64,000 nucleotides of DNA, from positions 1 to 64,000 of the forward strand of contig MFPR01000041.1 of NCBI GenBank assembly GCA_001784175.1, given 5' to 3'. The notes under the pieces are model-generated. The model made no database searches. It was not told the origin of the DNA and saw only the letters and a list, made by a program, of their open reading frames with translations. This DNA is from Candidatus Lindowbacteria bacterium RIFCSPLOWO2_12_FULL_62_27. Its GTDB lineage: Bacteria > Lindowbacteria > 2-12-FULL-62-27. The first letter of the stretch is position 1. The number at the start of each line of letters is the position of its first letter. Of this stretch, positions 1 to 9,285 are shown piece after piece. The translations under genes were made by a program, and so were the position numbers.

Positions 1-1215
1 GAGTCCAAATAAGGCGTATCGGTCCGCCACATCCTGCGTTTGTTTCAGCCGCCGATACGCAACCGTGAGAAATACGGCCAGCATCGCCAGCCATCCCGAT
101 AATCCCAGAATGCCCTGCTCGCACAAAAACTGCATCGGTTCCGAATGCACATAATCGGTGATCGGCCCCATCCCCACGCGCCGGTACCGGTCAGGCCGGA
201 AAAAGGGGAAGGTGACATGCGAAGTTCCCAGGCCCTGGCCGAACCACGGGTCGTCCCAGAGCATCCGGGCCGCGCCCCACCACATGTAGAGCCGGATGAT
301 GTTCGTTCCCTTGTGAACCTGGAAAATCGATTGCAGTGTTTCCAACCGGTGCGCCGACATGACCGCCAGGCCCAGAGAAACGACGACGAGCGCCACCAGC
401 GCCGCGATCGCAACCGTCTTCCACCGCCGGCCCAACCACTCCCTGAGCCGCCCGAACCGGCACTCGAACCATGCCAGCAGGCCAAAAAACACCATCATCC
501 CAAGCCACGCCCCGCGCGTCTCGCCCACCCAGAGGTTGTACAGGCCGAGCAGGGCCGTGATCGCGTATCCGGCCGCGGCCAACGGCCGGCGCGCGCCGAT
601 CGACAGGCAGATCGCGATGGGCGTGGTATAGGTGAGAAAGGACGCGAAAAAATCCTTGTTCCCGAATGTCGCGTGTTTGACGGCATAACCCCACTTTTCC
701 ATGCCCAGACCCTGCATCTGAAGAATGGCGTAGATCGAGGTAATCGGGACCATGGCGACATAGGTGTGAAGCGCGATATCCCAGCGGCGGCGCGTGTTCA
801 CGAAGGTGATGATCAGATAAAAAAACAGGCCGGCGGCCGCGAACCGCACGGCCCACTCCACCGCGTAATACCAAAACTGCCGGGGCGCCGCCATGGCGCC
901 GCCGATCCCGAGCCAGAAAAAAACGAGGATGGCGCCGTTCAACGGCGTCGGCGCCACCCGGAACGTTTCCTTGTCGGAGAAATGTCCGAGCCAGAGAAGG
1001 AAGAGGGTGAAGTTCACGGCCTGAAAGGCGACGTCTTTGAGGATGGCAATTTGTTGGAGCGTGACGAAGACGATCTCGAACAGGATCAAGGCAAAGGAGA
1101 GCCGGGACAGCGATGCGGCGGAACGCGTCAAAAAGAACAAACCCGCAAATACGACAGATCCGGCGACGACCGAAACATGGACCGGCGGGTGGATAAGATG
1201 CTCAAGAATCGCCAT
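1..1215 (-). CDS. O-antigen ligase (Wzy_C)-family membrane protein, paralog of 3759..6239; 3' part lies outside the window
   Basis: Not in the ORF track because it has no stop in the window. ATG at 1215 reads MAILEHLIHPPVHVSVVAGSVVFAG... Nucleotides 1-1215 align closely with 5007-6239, with one 18-bp in-frame difference. Confidence 0.85.
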   Translation of the reverse strand, partial: MAILEHLIHPPVHVSVVAGSVVFAGLFFLTRSAASLSRLSFALILFEIVFVTLQQIAILKDVAFQAVNFTLFLLWLGHFSDKETFRVAPTPLNGAILVFFWLGIGGAMAAPRQFWYYAVEWAVRFAAAGLFFYLIITFVNTRRRWDIALHTYVAMVPITSIYAILQMQGLGMEKWGYAVKHATFGNKDFFASFLTYTTPIAICLSIGARRPLAAAGYAITALLGLYNLWVGETRGAWLGMMVFFGLLAWFECRFGRLREWLGRRWKTVAIAALVALVVVSLGLAVMSAHRLETLQSIFQVHKGTNIIRLYMWWGAARMLWDDPWFGQGLGTSHVTFPFFRPDRYRRVGMGPITDYVHSEPMQFLCEQGILGLSGWLAMLAVFLTVAYRRLKQTQDVADRYALFGL

Positions 1216-3694
1216 GGGCGCGTCTCCGGCTGTACCGTCCCTCGCGAATGATCCGATAGGATGCTTTGGCGGGCGCCGCAAACTGGAAAAAGGCGCTCGC
1301 CGACTCGGGGTCCGACAACTTGTCCGAGGCGACGCCGAGCGCGTAGGCCACAAGAAACCTGTCCAGGGCGGGGTCGCCCGCTCTTTGCATCAGCTTGGTT
1401 CGAACCTGCTGGACCATCTCCGGCGGCGCCTGGCCGCGGCGCAGGCCCACGTTCAGATGTTCGAGGATGCTGATCAGATAGAGCAGGTCCGTGTTTTGTC
1501 GCATGGTGTCGACGATCATTCCCACGGCGTGTTGAGGGATCAGCGGGTCGGCCTCCGCGAATCGGGCGGCCATTTTTGACGTGTACCGCACTTCCTCCCG
1601 GCTCGGCCCGATTTTGCGGTTGACATTGATTCTGTACAGCCAGTAATTCGTGATCGATTCGTCATGCGATTTCAGATTCTCCTCCCACAAGGTCTGATGC
1701 AGGAGGGCGCGCACGTGGGCGTAAATGTCGAATTGCGTCCAGAAGCCGTTCCAGTAACGGTAGTAGTTGCGCATGGAATCATCGAGAACCTGCCACATCA
1801 GAAACTGATTGTGATAACGTCCCCGGGACGTGTCGTTCAGGTAGGCGGTGCAGAACTGGACGACTGGAAGCTGTCCGTCGGCGCTGTTGTTCAGGATCGC
1901 GGCGTATTCCATGTCCAGAAAACTTTGATGCAGGAGGCCGGGCGATTTTGTCTCCTCAAAGAGCTTTTTGCGTGTGTCGCTGATGGCCGGATGGATCTGG
2001 GCGTAATTGGGCGCGATCTGCAGGAGGCGGTCCTGGAACTGAAGGGCCTCCCGATAGCGGCCTTCCAGGAAACAGTAATGTGCCACATTGTAGTACACCT
2101 CGTGATCGTAAGGATTGCACTTGAGAATCTTCAAGGCGCGCTTGTGGGCGGCCGCCATCGTGGACGTCTCGTTTTTCGATGGGATGCGGTTGCCGCGCAG
2201 GATGCGGATTTGTCCATACGCCAGAAGGGATACCCCGGCCAGTCCCAGAGACAGCGCGACGATTTCTTTCGGCGCGCCGAACTTCGCGGTTATCTTGCGC
2301 GCCTCTTTCAGGGCTTGCTTCCTCTCCTTTGGCTCCTCGAACCCCGTCATGTACCGGGTGATGATCGCCATCTGGAACCAGAAGACCACCATGCTGGTCG
2401 TGTATCGCAGATTGATGTTCAGGGAATCGTGAACAATGCCGGCGATGAAGGAGGCGCCAAGGCCGAAAAAGAGATAGCGGTCGGACTGTTCCCGGATCGT
2501 CCCGAGTTTCCGGCAGACCATGTACAGGAATATCACCAACATCGACATCCATGCGGAAAATCCCAGAATCCCCTGCTCGCACAGGATCTGCAATTCCTCC
2601 GAATGAACGAAATCCGTGTTATGCGACAATCCCGCCCTTTGGTAGTTGTCAACACGGAAATATGGAAAGGTCAGATGCGAGGTCCCCATCCCCTGGCCCA
2701 ACAAGGGGCTGTCCCAGACCATCCGGGCGGCGGACCACCACATATGGACGCGCACGAGATTGGTGCCCAGTTGGGTCTGAAAAATGGATTTCAACGTGTC
2801 CAAACGATGCTGGGACATGAACGCCAAAGCAAGCGAAATCCCAAGCGTCCCAGCGAGCAGGCCGATCAGCATCGCCTTCTTTAAGCCGCCCAGCCGGCGG
2901 TTCAGCCGGCCCCACCGGCACTCGAAATAGAACCAGGCGGGAAGGAAGACCATGAGGCCGACCCAGGCGCCGCGGGTTTCACCCACCCAGATGTTGTAGA
3001 GTCCAAGCACGGCGAGAATGCCGTAGAGGGCCGGGCGGACCAGGCCGGTTGATCCGACAGCCATCATGAGGGCCACCGGAGCGGTGTAGGTCAAAAACGA
3101 GGCGAAGATGTCCTTGTTGCCGAACGTCGCGCATCCACGGGCGCCTTCCCATTCAATGAAGTCGTAGCCCTGAAGCTGAAGAACGCCATAAAAGGAACTG
3201 AGACCCATCACTCCCAGAAGCGTCTTGATGGCCTGGTCCCAGCGTTTTCGCGTGTTGACGAAATTGAAGGCCAGAAAAAAGAACAAAACAACCGCCGCCT
3301 GCTTGACGCTCCACTCAAGCGCGCCATACCAAAACCGCCGGGGCGTCCATGCGGCGCACAGCACGCACACCGAGTAGAAAACGAACACGGGGATGTTCAT
3401 GGGACTTGGCGCCAGTTGGGGCGCCGGAGGCGCTGACCCGGCGGTCGCGTGGATGAGCCACATGAGAAAGAGGGTGAAAACGACGAATTGAAACACGACG
3501 GGTTTCAGGATGATTCCGTTTTCAAACATACTGGATACATGGAAGACAACGAACGCGATGAGAAACAGCACCGATGCATGAACCAGGCTGGAGAAGACTC
3601 TGGAGGAGCGCGTGAGGAAGAACAGGCAGAGAAACCCCCCACTCGCCATGAGGATCAAATAGGAAGAGGGCCAGTCCAGGAAATCAGTCCACAT
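1202..3694 (-). CDS. O-antigen ligase/oligosaccharyltransferase-like polytopic membrane protein with C-terminal TPR-like helical domain
   Basis: Many TM segments. Motifs ATFGNKD, ETRGAWVG, R..MWWSA.RM..D.PL.GQGMG, HSE.LQILCEQGILG and HDS are typical of Wzy_C/O-antigen ligase proteins. TPR-like YYNVAH...ALQFQDRLLQIAPNY. Confidence 0.8.
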   Translation of the reverse strand: MWTDFLDWPSSYLILMASGGFLCLFFLTRSSRVFSSLVHASVLFLIAFVVFHVSSMFENGIILKPVVFQFVVFTLFLMWLIHATAGSAPPAPQLAPSPMNIPVFVFYSVCVLCAAWTPRRFWYGALEWSVKQAAVVLFFFLAFNFVNTRKRWDQAIKTLLGVMGLSSFYGVLQLQGYDFIEWEGARGCATFGNKDIFASFLTYTAPVALMMAVGSTGLVRPALYGILAVLGLYNIWVGETRGAWVGLMVFLPAWFYFECRWGRLNRRLGGLKKAMLIGLLAGTLGISLALAFMSQHRLDTLKSIFQTQLGTNLVRVHMWWSAARMVWDSPLLGQGMGTSHLTFPYFRVDNYQRAGLSHNTDFVHSEELQILCEQGILGFSAWMSMLVIFLYMVCRKLGTIREQSDRYLFFGLGASFIAGIVHDSLNINLRYTTSMVVFWFQMAIITRYMTGFEEPKERKQALKEARKITAKFGAPKEIVALSLGLAGVSLLAYGQIRILRGNRIPSKNETSTMAAAHKRALKILKCNPYDHEVYYNVAHYCFLEGRYREALQFQDRLLQIAPNYAQIHPAISDTRKKLFEETKSPGLLHQSFLDMEYAAILNNSADGQLPVVQFCTAYLNDTSRGRYHNQFLMWQVLDDSMRNYYRYWNGFWTQFDIYAHVRALLHQTLWEENLKSHDESITNYWLYRINVNRKIGPSREEVRYTSKMAARFAEADPLIPQHAVGMIVDTMRQNTDLLYLISILEHLNVGLRRGQAPPEMVQQVRTKLMQRAGDPALDRFLVAYALGVASDKLSDPESASAFFQFAAPAKASYRIIREGRYSRRRAHGDS

Positions 3695-3745
3695 CCGATT
3701 GGTGCAACTATAACAGAAATCCGGAGCATTCCAACAATGGGAAAT
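3620..3745. repeat. Duplicated promoter plus 5' coding segment, copy A (homologous to 8641-8765)
   Basis: actataacagaaatccggag(c/a)attccaacaatgggaa and aggatcaaataggaaga occur at both loci, 5020 bp apart. On the minus strand the segment contains TTGGAA-N16-TATAGT with an extended -10 TG. Confidence 0.85.
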
Positions 3746-3758
3746 GAGCGGTCAGAAC

Positions 3759-6239
3759 TCAGTATCCGTACTGGCTGATCCTCCGCAGAATCCGGGCGTG
3801 GGAATCGTCGCCGACGGCACGATTGCGCGCCGTGGCGAAGAAACGGGTGGCCATGTCCCGTTCGTCGGCGCGGTGGGACAGGACGCCCAGCGCGTAATAG
3901 AGGAGGGGCGAATCGATCCGACCCTCGGCCGCCCTGATCAGTTCCTGCCGCATGCCGCGGCAGAGGTTGGCGGGCAGATGTTCGGGGCGCAGGCCTTCGA
4001 GAATGTTGATTAAATAGAGGAGATCGGCCTCCGGATCCTTCAGCACCAAGAGGCCCCCCAGGGCATACCGGAGGACGTGCAACCTCCGGGACGCGAATGC
4101 CGCCGCCATTTTGACGGCATACTGCGCCTCCTGCCACGGCCGGCCGCTGATCCGCACAAACTCGACCCGGAGGTTCCAGTGATCCTGCATGGCCGTTTCG
4201 CCCGCTTGAAGGTAAGTGGCGTATAACGTCTGCAAGTGGAGATCTTCAGGATACCGGCCGACCCCCCATTCCCAGCCGCTCCAGAAGCGCAAGAGGTTGA
4301 AGAAGCCGTCTTCCTGAACGAGCCAGAAGATGAACTGGTTGTGATGGTGTGCGCGCGCGCCGTTCTTCAAGTACGTGCGATACCCCTCAATGACTTTCAT
4401 GTGCGGCTCATGGTCGTTGTTCATGACGGCAAATCCCTCGAATTCCAGATTCGCCGCGTGCAGATACTTCGGCTGATTCGTCGTGAAATACAGGCGCATC
4501 AAGTTTGCGGCAATGACCCGGTGCGTATAGCTGTGATTCGGCGCCAGTTGCATGACCGCTCCAAGGGCCTCCAGCGTCTTGCCCGGCTCATTTATGTCGT
4601 GGTAGGCGCTGGCCAAGGCGTAGGCTGCCGAGGGATTGTAAGGATTCGATTGCAGGGCCGTCTTTCCGAGGGGAATGGACGAAATGGATCGCCCCCGGTC
4701 GGCCATGGCTATTTTGCACGCGCAGTCGCCCTTGAGCACGCGAAACTGGCAGTAGGCCATGAATGCGAACGCGGTTATGGCCGCCGGCAGGATCACAAAG
4801 TGCCGGACGGCCTGATGATGGGCCGGCGAAACGGATTCGGCCCGGCGGCGGATGTCCTGCAGGGTCTGTTTTCGGGTCTCCGGATCGAACCCGATCGCCA
4901 AACGGGTGGCCAGCGCCATCGATCCCCAAAACGCCATCATGCTCGAGGTATAACGCAGATTGATATTCAACGAATCATGAACCACCGCACCCACGAATCC
5001 ACCCACGAGTCCAAATAAGGCGTATCGGTCCGCCACATCCTGCGTTTGTTTCAGCCGCCGATACGCAACCGTGAGAAATACGGCCAGCATCGCCAGCCAT
5101 CCCGAAAATCCCAGAATGCCCTGCTCGCACAAGAATTGCATCGGTTCCGAATGCACATAATCGGTGCTCGGCGCCATCCCGATCCGCCGGTACCGGTCGG
5201 GCCGGAAAAAGGGGAAAGTGACGAACGAGGTTCCCAGCCCTTGGCCGAACCACGGGTTGTCCCAGAGCATCCGGGACGCGCCCCACCACATGTACAGCCG
5301 GATGATGTTCGTTCCCTTGTGAACCTGAAAAATCGATTGCAGCGTTTCCAACCGATGCGCCGACATCACCGCCAGACCCAGAGAAACGACGACGAGCGAT
5401 GCCAGCGCCGCGATCGCAACCGTCTTCCACCGCCGGCCCAACCACTCCCTGAGCCGCCCGAACCGGCACTCGAACCACGCCAGCAGACCCAGAAATACCA
5501 TCATCCCGAGCCACGCCCCGCGCGTCTCGCCCACCCAGAGGTTGTACAGGCCGAGCAACGCCGAGATCGCGTATCCGGCCGCGGCCAACGGCCGGCGCGC
5601 GCCGATCGCCATGCAGAGCGCAATGGGTGTGGTATAGGTGAGAAAGGACGCGAAAAAATCCTTGTTGGCGAATGTCGCGTGTTTGACGGCATAGCCCCAC
5701 TTCTCCATGTCCAGACCCTGCATCTGAAGAATGGCATAGATCGAGGTAATCGGGACCATGGCGACATAGGTGTGAAGCGCGATCGTCCAGCGGCGGCGCG
5801 TGTTCACGAAGGTGACGATCAGATAAAAAAACAGGCCGGCCGCCGCGAACCGCACGGACCACTCCATGGCGTAATACCAAAACTGCCGGGGCGCCGCCAT
5901 GGCGCCGACGATCCCGAGCCAGAAAAAAACGAGGATGGCGCCGTTCAACGGCGTCGGCGTCACCCGGAACGTTTCCTTGTCGGAGAAATGTCCGAGCCAG
6001 AGAAGGAAGAGGGTGAAGTTCACGGCCTGAAAGGCGATGTCTTTGAGGAGGACGGTGTGGTAGAACATGCCGGAGTAGTGGAGTGTGACGAAGACGATCT
6101 CGAACAGGATCAAAGCAAAGGCGAGCCGGGACAGCGACGCGGCGGAACGCGTCAAAAAGAACAAACCCGCAAATACGACAGATCCGGCGACGACCGAAAC
6201 ATGGGACGGCTGGTGGAGAAGATGTTCAAGAATCGCCAT
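3759..6239 (-). CDS. O-antigen ligase-like membrane protein with TPR-like C-terminus
   Basis: Same motif set (ATFANKD, ETRGAWLG, HSEPMQFLCEQGILG, HDSLNINLRY) and a TPR-like region (NPYNPSAAYALASAY). Confidence 0.8.
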   Translation of the reverse strand: MAILEHLLHQPSHVSVVAGSVVFAGLFFLTRSAASLSRLAFALILFEIVFVTLHYSGMFYHTVLLKDIAFQAVNFTLFLLWLGHFSDKETFRVTPTPLNGAILVFFWLGIVGAMAAPRQFWYYAMEWSVRFAAAGLFFYLIVTFVNTRRRWTIALHTYVAMVPITSIYAILQMQGLDMEKWGYAVKHATFANKDFFASFLTYTTPIALCMAIGARRPLAAAGYAISALLGLYNLWVGETRGAWLGMMVFLGLLAWFECRFGRLREWLGRRWKTVAIAALASLVVVSLGLAVMSAHRLETLQSIFQVHKGTNIIRLYMWWGASRMLWDNPWFGQGLGTSFVTFPFFRPDRYRRIGMAPSTDYVHSEPMQFLCEQGILGFSGWLAMLAVFLTVAYRRLKQTQDVADRYALFGLVGGFVGAVVHDSLNINLRYTSSMMAFWGSMALATRLAIGFDPETRKQTLQDIRRRAESVSPAHHQAVRHFVILPAAITAFAFMAYCQFRVLKGDCACKIAMADRGRSISSIPLGKTALQSNPYNPSAAYALASAYHDINEPGKTLEALGAVMQLAPNHSYTHRVIAANLMRLYFTTNQPKYLHAANLEFEGFAVMNNDHEPHMKVIEGYRTYLKNGARAHHHNQFIFWLVQEDGFFNLLRFWSGWEWGVGRYPEDLHLQTLYATYLQAGETAMQDHWNLRVEFVRISGRPWQEAQYAVKMAAAFASRRLHVLRYALGGLLVLKDPEADLLYLINILEGLRPEHLPANLCRGMRQELIRAAEGRIDSPLLYYALGVLSHRADERDMATRFFATARNRAVGDDSHARILRRISQYGY

Positions 6240-8613
6240 TGGCGGGTATCCGGGTTGAACGCTTGAAGACGCTGTTCAGGAACGCGGCGCCGTAAAAAAG
6301 GACGGCTAGAATGCTCAGGAATTTGATCCCGAACACCAGCGAACCGTATTCCGCGACGGCGCCCAGGGTGGAGCCGATCAGGTTGGATCCCATCGCGACC
6401 CCGATCAGAGGCGGGGGCACGGCTCGCAGTTTCAAGGCGAAGATGAAGGCGGCGAAGAAGAACGGCAGGCCTATGAAGAGTCCCGCCACGGCGTGCCGCC
6501 AGATACCCTCCAAGCCCATCAGTTGGTTCGCGTCCAGGAGATACCCCAGGATCAGCGCCGCGAAGATCGATGCGTAGAGCAGGTTCTCGGAAAACGCGGC
6601 GTGGCGGCGGGCGACGCCGTTGGCCAGCAGGATGACGACGAGGATCGCCGTGAACACCACCGTGTTTACGAACCAGGTACTGCCGTACAGCAGCGACATC
6701 TGGGTGACGGACTTCGTTTCCATCAGCAGAAACCCGGCGCCGAGAAACAGAAAGCCCCAGTCGATCTGCCTAATCTGGCCCATGGCCCGGTTGGCCAGCC
6801 ACAAGGCCAGGACGATCATGATGAAGGCCATGTAAAAAAAGACGCCGGGAATGTGGCGGCTCTGCAGATAAATGAAAGGCCAGTCGTCCGACGGCACCGT
6901 CTGTTCGTTCACCGTTCCGTCGCTGACGTCCGCCGGCGGCAGACGGTCCCTGTACTTGAGGAGTCCGTCGCCTGCGGCATACAGGACGCCTTTCATCCAC
7001 ACCTGGTCCTCCGGGAACGCGGATTTGAGCATCTGATCGAACCGGCCGAGGATGAACGGCGACTGGCCCCAGTAGATGATCACCAGCAGGCCGTCCGGCC
7101 TCAGTCGCGCTCGGGCGGCCTGAATCGATTCCCTGGTGTAAATGAAATTGTCGAGCCGAATGCTGGACATGCCGCTGAGGAGGGTGTGCGCGTCCAGCGA
7201 TGCGAACAGGATGTAATCGTATTGCTTTGACGTGGATTGCAGATACGTCCGGGCGTCGTTGATGTGAACGGAGACCCGCGTGTCGGCGTACGGCTGTTGG
7301 GGGTGCAGTTTCCTTCCCAGATCGACGACAACGGGATCGATGTCCACGGCGTCGACGCTTCGGGCCCCGCGCTCCAACGCCACGGCGATGTCGTTGCCCG
7401 GCCCGGACGCCACGATTAGCAGGTCCTTGTCGCGGGGGGAAAAGGTATCGAGCGCCATCAGATTGTGGGAGATCGTCCGGTCCCGGCAGGACCGGTATTC
7501 TGGAAACTGCGAAATGAATTCCGGCGACGTGTTCAACGCGTTGATGTAGTAGACTTCATTGTAGGCCAGCGCATATCCAAACGGGATTTTTCCGTCCCCA
7601 AGTTCCTTGTAGTACTTCTTCCCATAGTCCCTGCCGCAGACAACGTCCAGATACCACGGGACGACCTCGATTTTGTAATAGGGGCTCCATATCGCGCCGG
7701 CGTCGCCCCAGATCACGGCAAACACGGTCAGGATGCACAAGACCAGTTCCATCGCGAACAGCCGCAGCCGGTGAACGGAATACGAGACGAACAGGTATAT
7801 TCCAAGACCGACGGTAAACCAGAACCACGACGGCAGGGAAAGATGGGACAGCGCCGAAAACAGCCACAGGCCGGACAGGCTGCCGGCGATGTTGATGCTG
7901 TACGCCCGGAGCGTCGGCAGCGGTTCCATCCAGCGCGCAATGGCCTGGCCGAACGGGACAAACAGGATGGACTGGACGGCGATCATGCCGGTGATGAACA
8001 CGTAAAACGCCAGGGCCCGCACCGCGAGGTTGCCCGTCCAGGTTTGAAACAGAAACAGAACGGTGGAGCCGGGAATGTCAAGCCGGCCCAGCAGTTTTCC
8101 CGGCGGTGACACCCCGAGAAACGTCACGAGGGCGAAGAGGACGGAAAAATAGGGGAGGAGGGAAATGGACTTGTCTTTCATCAGCATTCCCGCGCCCATG
8201 CCCAGGAAGGCGCAGATCAGCGTCAGGTTCTTGAAATAGGCCAGCGCCCGCATTTCCGATGTCAGCCACCGGATCAGCAATATCTCGAAATACAGCGCCA
8301 GCACGCTCGCCAGAAATACGCCCCACCCCGGGCTGAACAGCGGCGTTGGCCGGTCCGAATCCGCCATGAGATCCGGGAAGCGGCGCAACAGGCACGCCAT
8401 CACCAGCGCCGATACTCCGAGAAGGAACGTTGGCCATGCAAGACGGGAGAGATAATATGGAAACAGAGCCACCCGCTGGCCGGGCGGAGAGGACGAAAAC
8501 AGCTTGTACACCGCATCCTCGGGCGCCGGGTGCAGGCGCCAGAACGCAAAGAGGATGAGACAGAAGGCGGCCATGCTGAAAAGGAGAATGGACAGCGTCT
8601 TCTGGATCTTCAC
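6226..8613 (-). CDS. Membrane-bound spermidine-synthase-like SAM-dependent methyltransferase
   Basis: TM blocks flank a SAM domain (ASGPGNDIAVAL, VDIDP, DARTYL). Family motifs WSPYYKI, SDDWPFIYL and FLGAGFLLMETKS. Start placed at GTG 8613 (VKIQKTLS), coupled to the upstream relic ORF; the ORF track gives 8694. Confidence 0.8.
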   Translation of the reverse strand: MKIQKTLSILLFSMAAFCLILFAFWRLHPAPEDAVYKLFSSSPPGQRVALFPYYLSRLAWPTFLLGVSALVMACLLRRFPDLMADSDRPTPLFSPGWGVFLASVLALYFEILLIRWLTSEMRALAYFKNLTLICAFLGMGAGMLMKDKSISLLPYFSVLFALVTFLGVSPPGKLLGRLDIPGSTVLFLFQTWTGNLAVRALAFYVFITGMIAVQSILFVPFGQAIARWMEPLPTLRAYSINIAGSLSGLWLFSALSHLSLPSWFWFTVGLGIYLFVSYSVHRLRLFAMELVLCILTVFAVIWGDAGAIWSPYYKIEVVPWYLDVVCGRDYGKKYYKELGDGKIPFGYALAYNEVYYINALNTSPEFISQFPEYRSCRDRTISHNLMALDTFSPRDKDLLIVASGPGNDIAVALERGARSVDAVDIDPVVVDLGRKLHPQQPYADTRVSVHINDARTYLQSTSKQYDYILFASLDAHTLLSGMSSIRLDNFIYTRESIQAARARLRPDGLLVIIYWGQSPFILGRFDQMLKSAFPEDQVWMKGVLYAAGDGLLKYRDRLPPADVSDGTVNEQTVPSDDWPFIYLQSRHIPGVFFYMAFIMIVLALWLANRAMGQIRQIDWGFLFLGAGFLLMETKSVTQMSLLYGSTWFVNTVVFTAILVVILLANGVARRHAAFSENLLYASIFAALILGYLLDANQLMGLEGIWRHAVAGLFIGLPFFFAAFIFALKLRAVPPPLIGVAMGSNLIGSTLGAVAEYGSLVFGIKFLSILAVLFYGAAFLNSVFKRSTRIPANGDS

Positions 8614-8714
8614 CCCTTGTACCGCTCTTCGCGGAGGACGAATAGGCAGAGAAACCCCGCCCCCGCCGTCAGGATCAAATAGGAAGACGGCCATTCCAGA
8701 AAATCAGTACTCAC
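8610..8714 (-). pseudogene. 34-aa relic of the 5' end of the 1202..3694 ligase-like gene
   Basis: GTG 8714 reads (M)STDFLEWPSSYLILTAGAGFLCLFVLREERYKG*, against MWTDFLDWPSSYLILMASGGFLCLFFLTRS for the intact gene. Its TGA overlaps the next GTG (GTGA). Confidence 0.75.
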
Positions 8715-8765
8715 GCTACTGCCGTGACTATAACAGAAATCCGGAGAATTCCAACAATGGGAAGT
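8641..8765. repeat. Duplicated promoter plus 5' coding segment, copy B (homologous to 3620-3745)
   Basis: Direct visual alignment with 3620-3745. Confidence 0.85.
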
Positions 8766-8787
8766 GCATGGTCATGGGGAAGCAGTC

Positions 8788-8815
8788 TTGCGCGACCCCC
8801 AAATCCTGCTATGAT
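8788..8815 (+). promoter_or_regulatory. Putative sigma70 promoter TTGCGC-N16-TATGAT (extended -10), ending 8 nt before the rmlC-like ATG
   Basis: Consensus match; no Shine-Dalgarno before the ATG. Confidence 0.5.
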
Positions 8816-8823
8816 GCGCGCCT

Positions 8824-9285
8824 ATGACGATGATTGAGGGCGTTGAGATCAAGGACCTGGTGACGCACAGCGATGAGCGCGGGTTTTTTCGGGAGATGAT
8901 CCGCGTGACGGACGGGTTTTTTTCCGAAGGGTTCGGGCAGGCCAGCCACACGATGACGCACGTGGGGGCGGCCAAGGCATGGCATTATCACAAAAAGCAG
9001 ATCGACTGGTGGTATGTGGTGAGCGGCGTGATCAAGGCGGTCCTGCACGATCTTCGGACGCAGTCGCGCACCCATCGCGTCACCCAGGAAGTTTTCATGG
9101 GCGACGGATATCCGGCTCGCGTGATCAGGATTCCGACGATGGTCGCGCACGGATACAAGGTCCTCGCGGGGCCCATGCACCTCGTGTACGTCACGTCCGG
9201 CGTCTACGATCCCGCCGATGAACTCCGCCTGCCGCACGACGATCCGTCGATTGGATACGATTGGAAAGCTTCGGTCATCAAATAG
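8824..9285 (+). CDS. dTDP-4-dehydrorhamnose 3,5-epimerase family (RmlC-like cupin)
   Basis: IEGV.IKDL..HSDERGFFRE, KAWHYHKKQIDWW, DLR..S.T, IP.MVAHGYK, YDPADE.R. Confidence 0.85.
   Translation: MTMIEGVEIKDLVTHSDERGFFREMIRVTDGFFSEGFGQASHTMTHVGAAKAWHYHKKQIDWWYVVSGVIKAVLHDLRTQSRTHRVTQEVFMGDGYPARVIRIPTMVAHGYKVLAGPMHLVYVTSGVYDPADELRLPHDDPSIGYDWKASVIK

Noticed and set aside
145-6266. Long plus-strand ORFs (145..1251, 1664..2884, 4236..5018, 5046..6266)
   Set aside because: Antisense shadows of the ligase-like genes, expected in high-GC DNA; no motifs.
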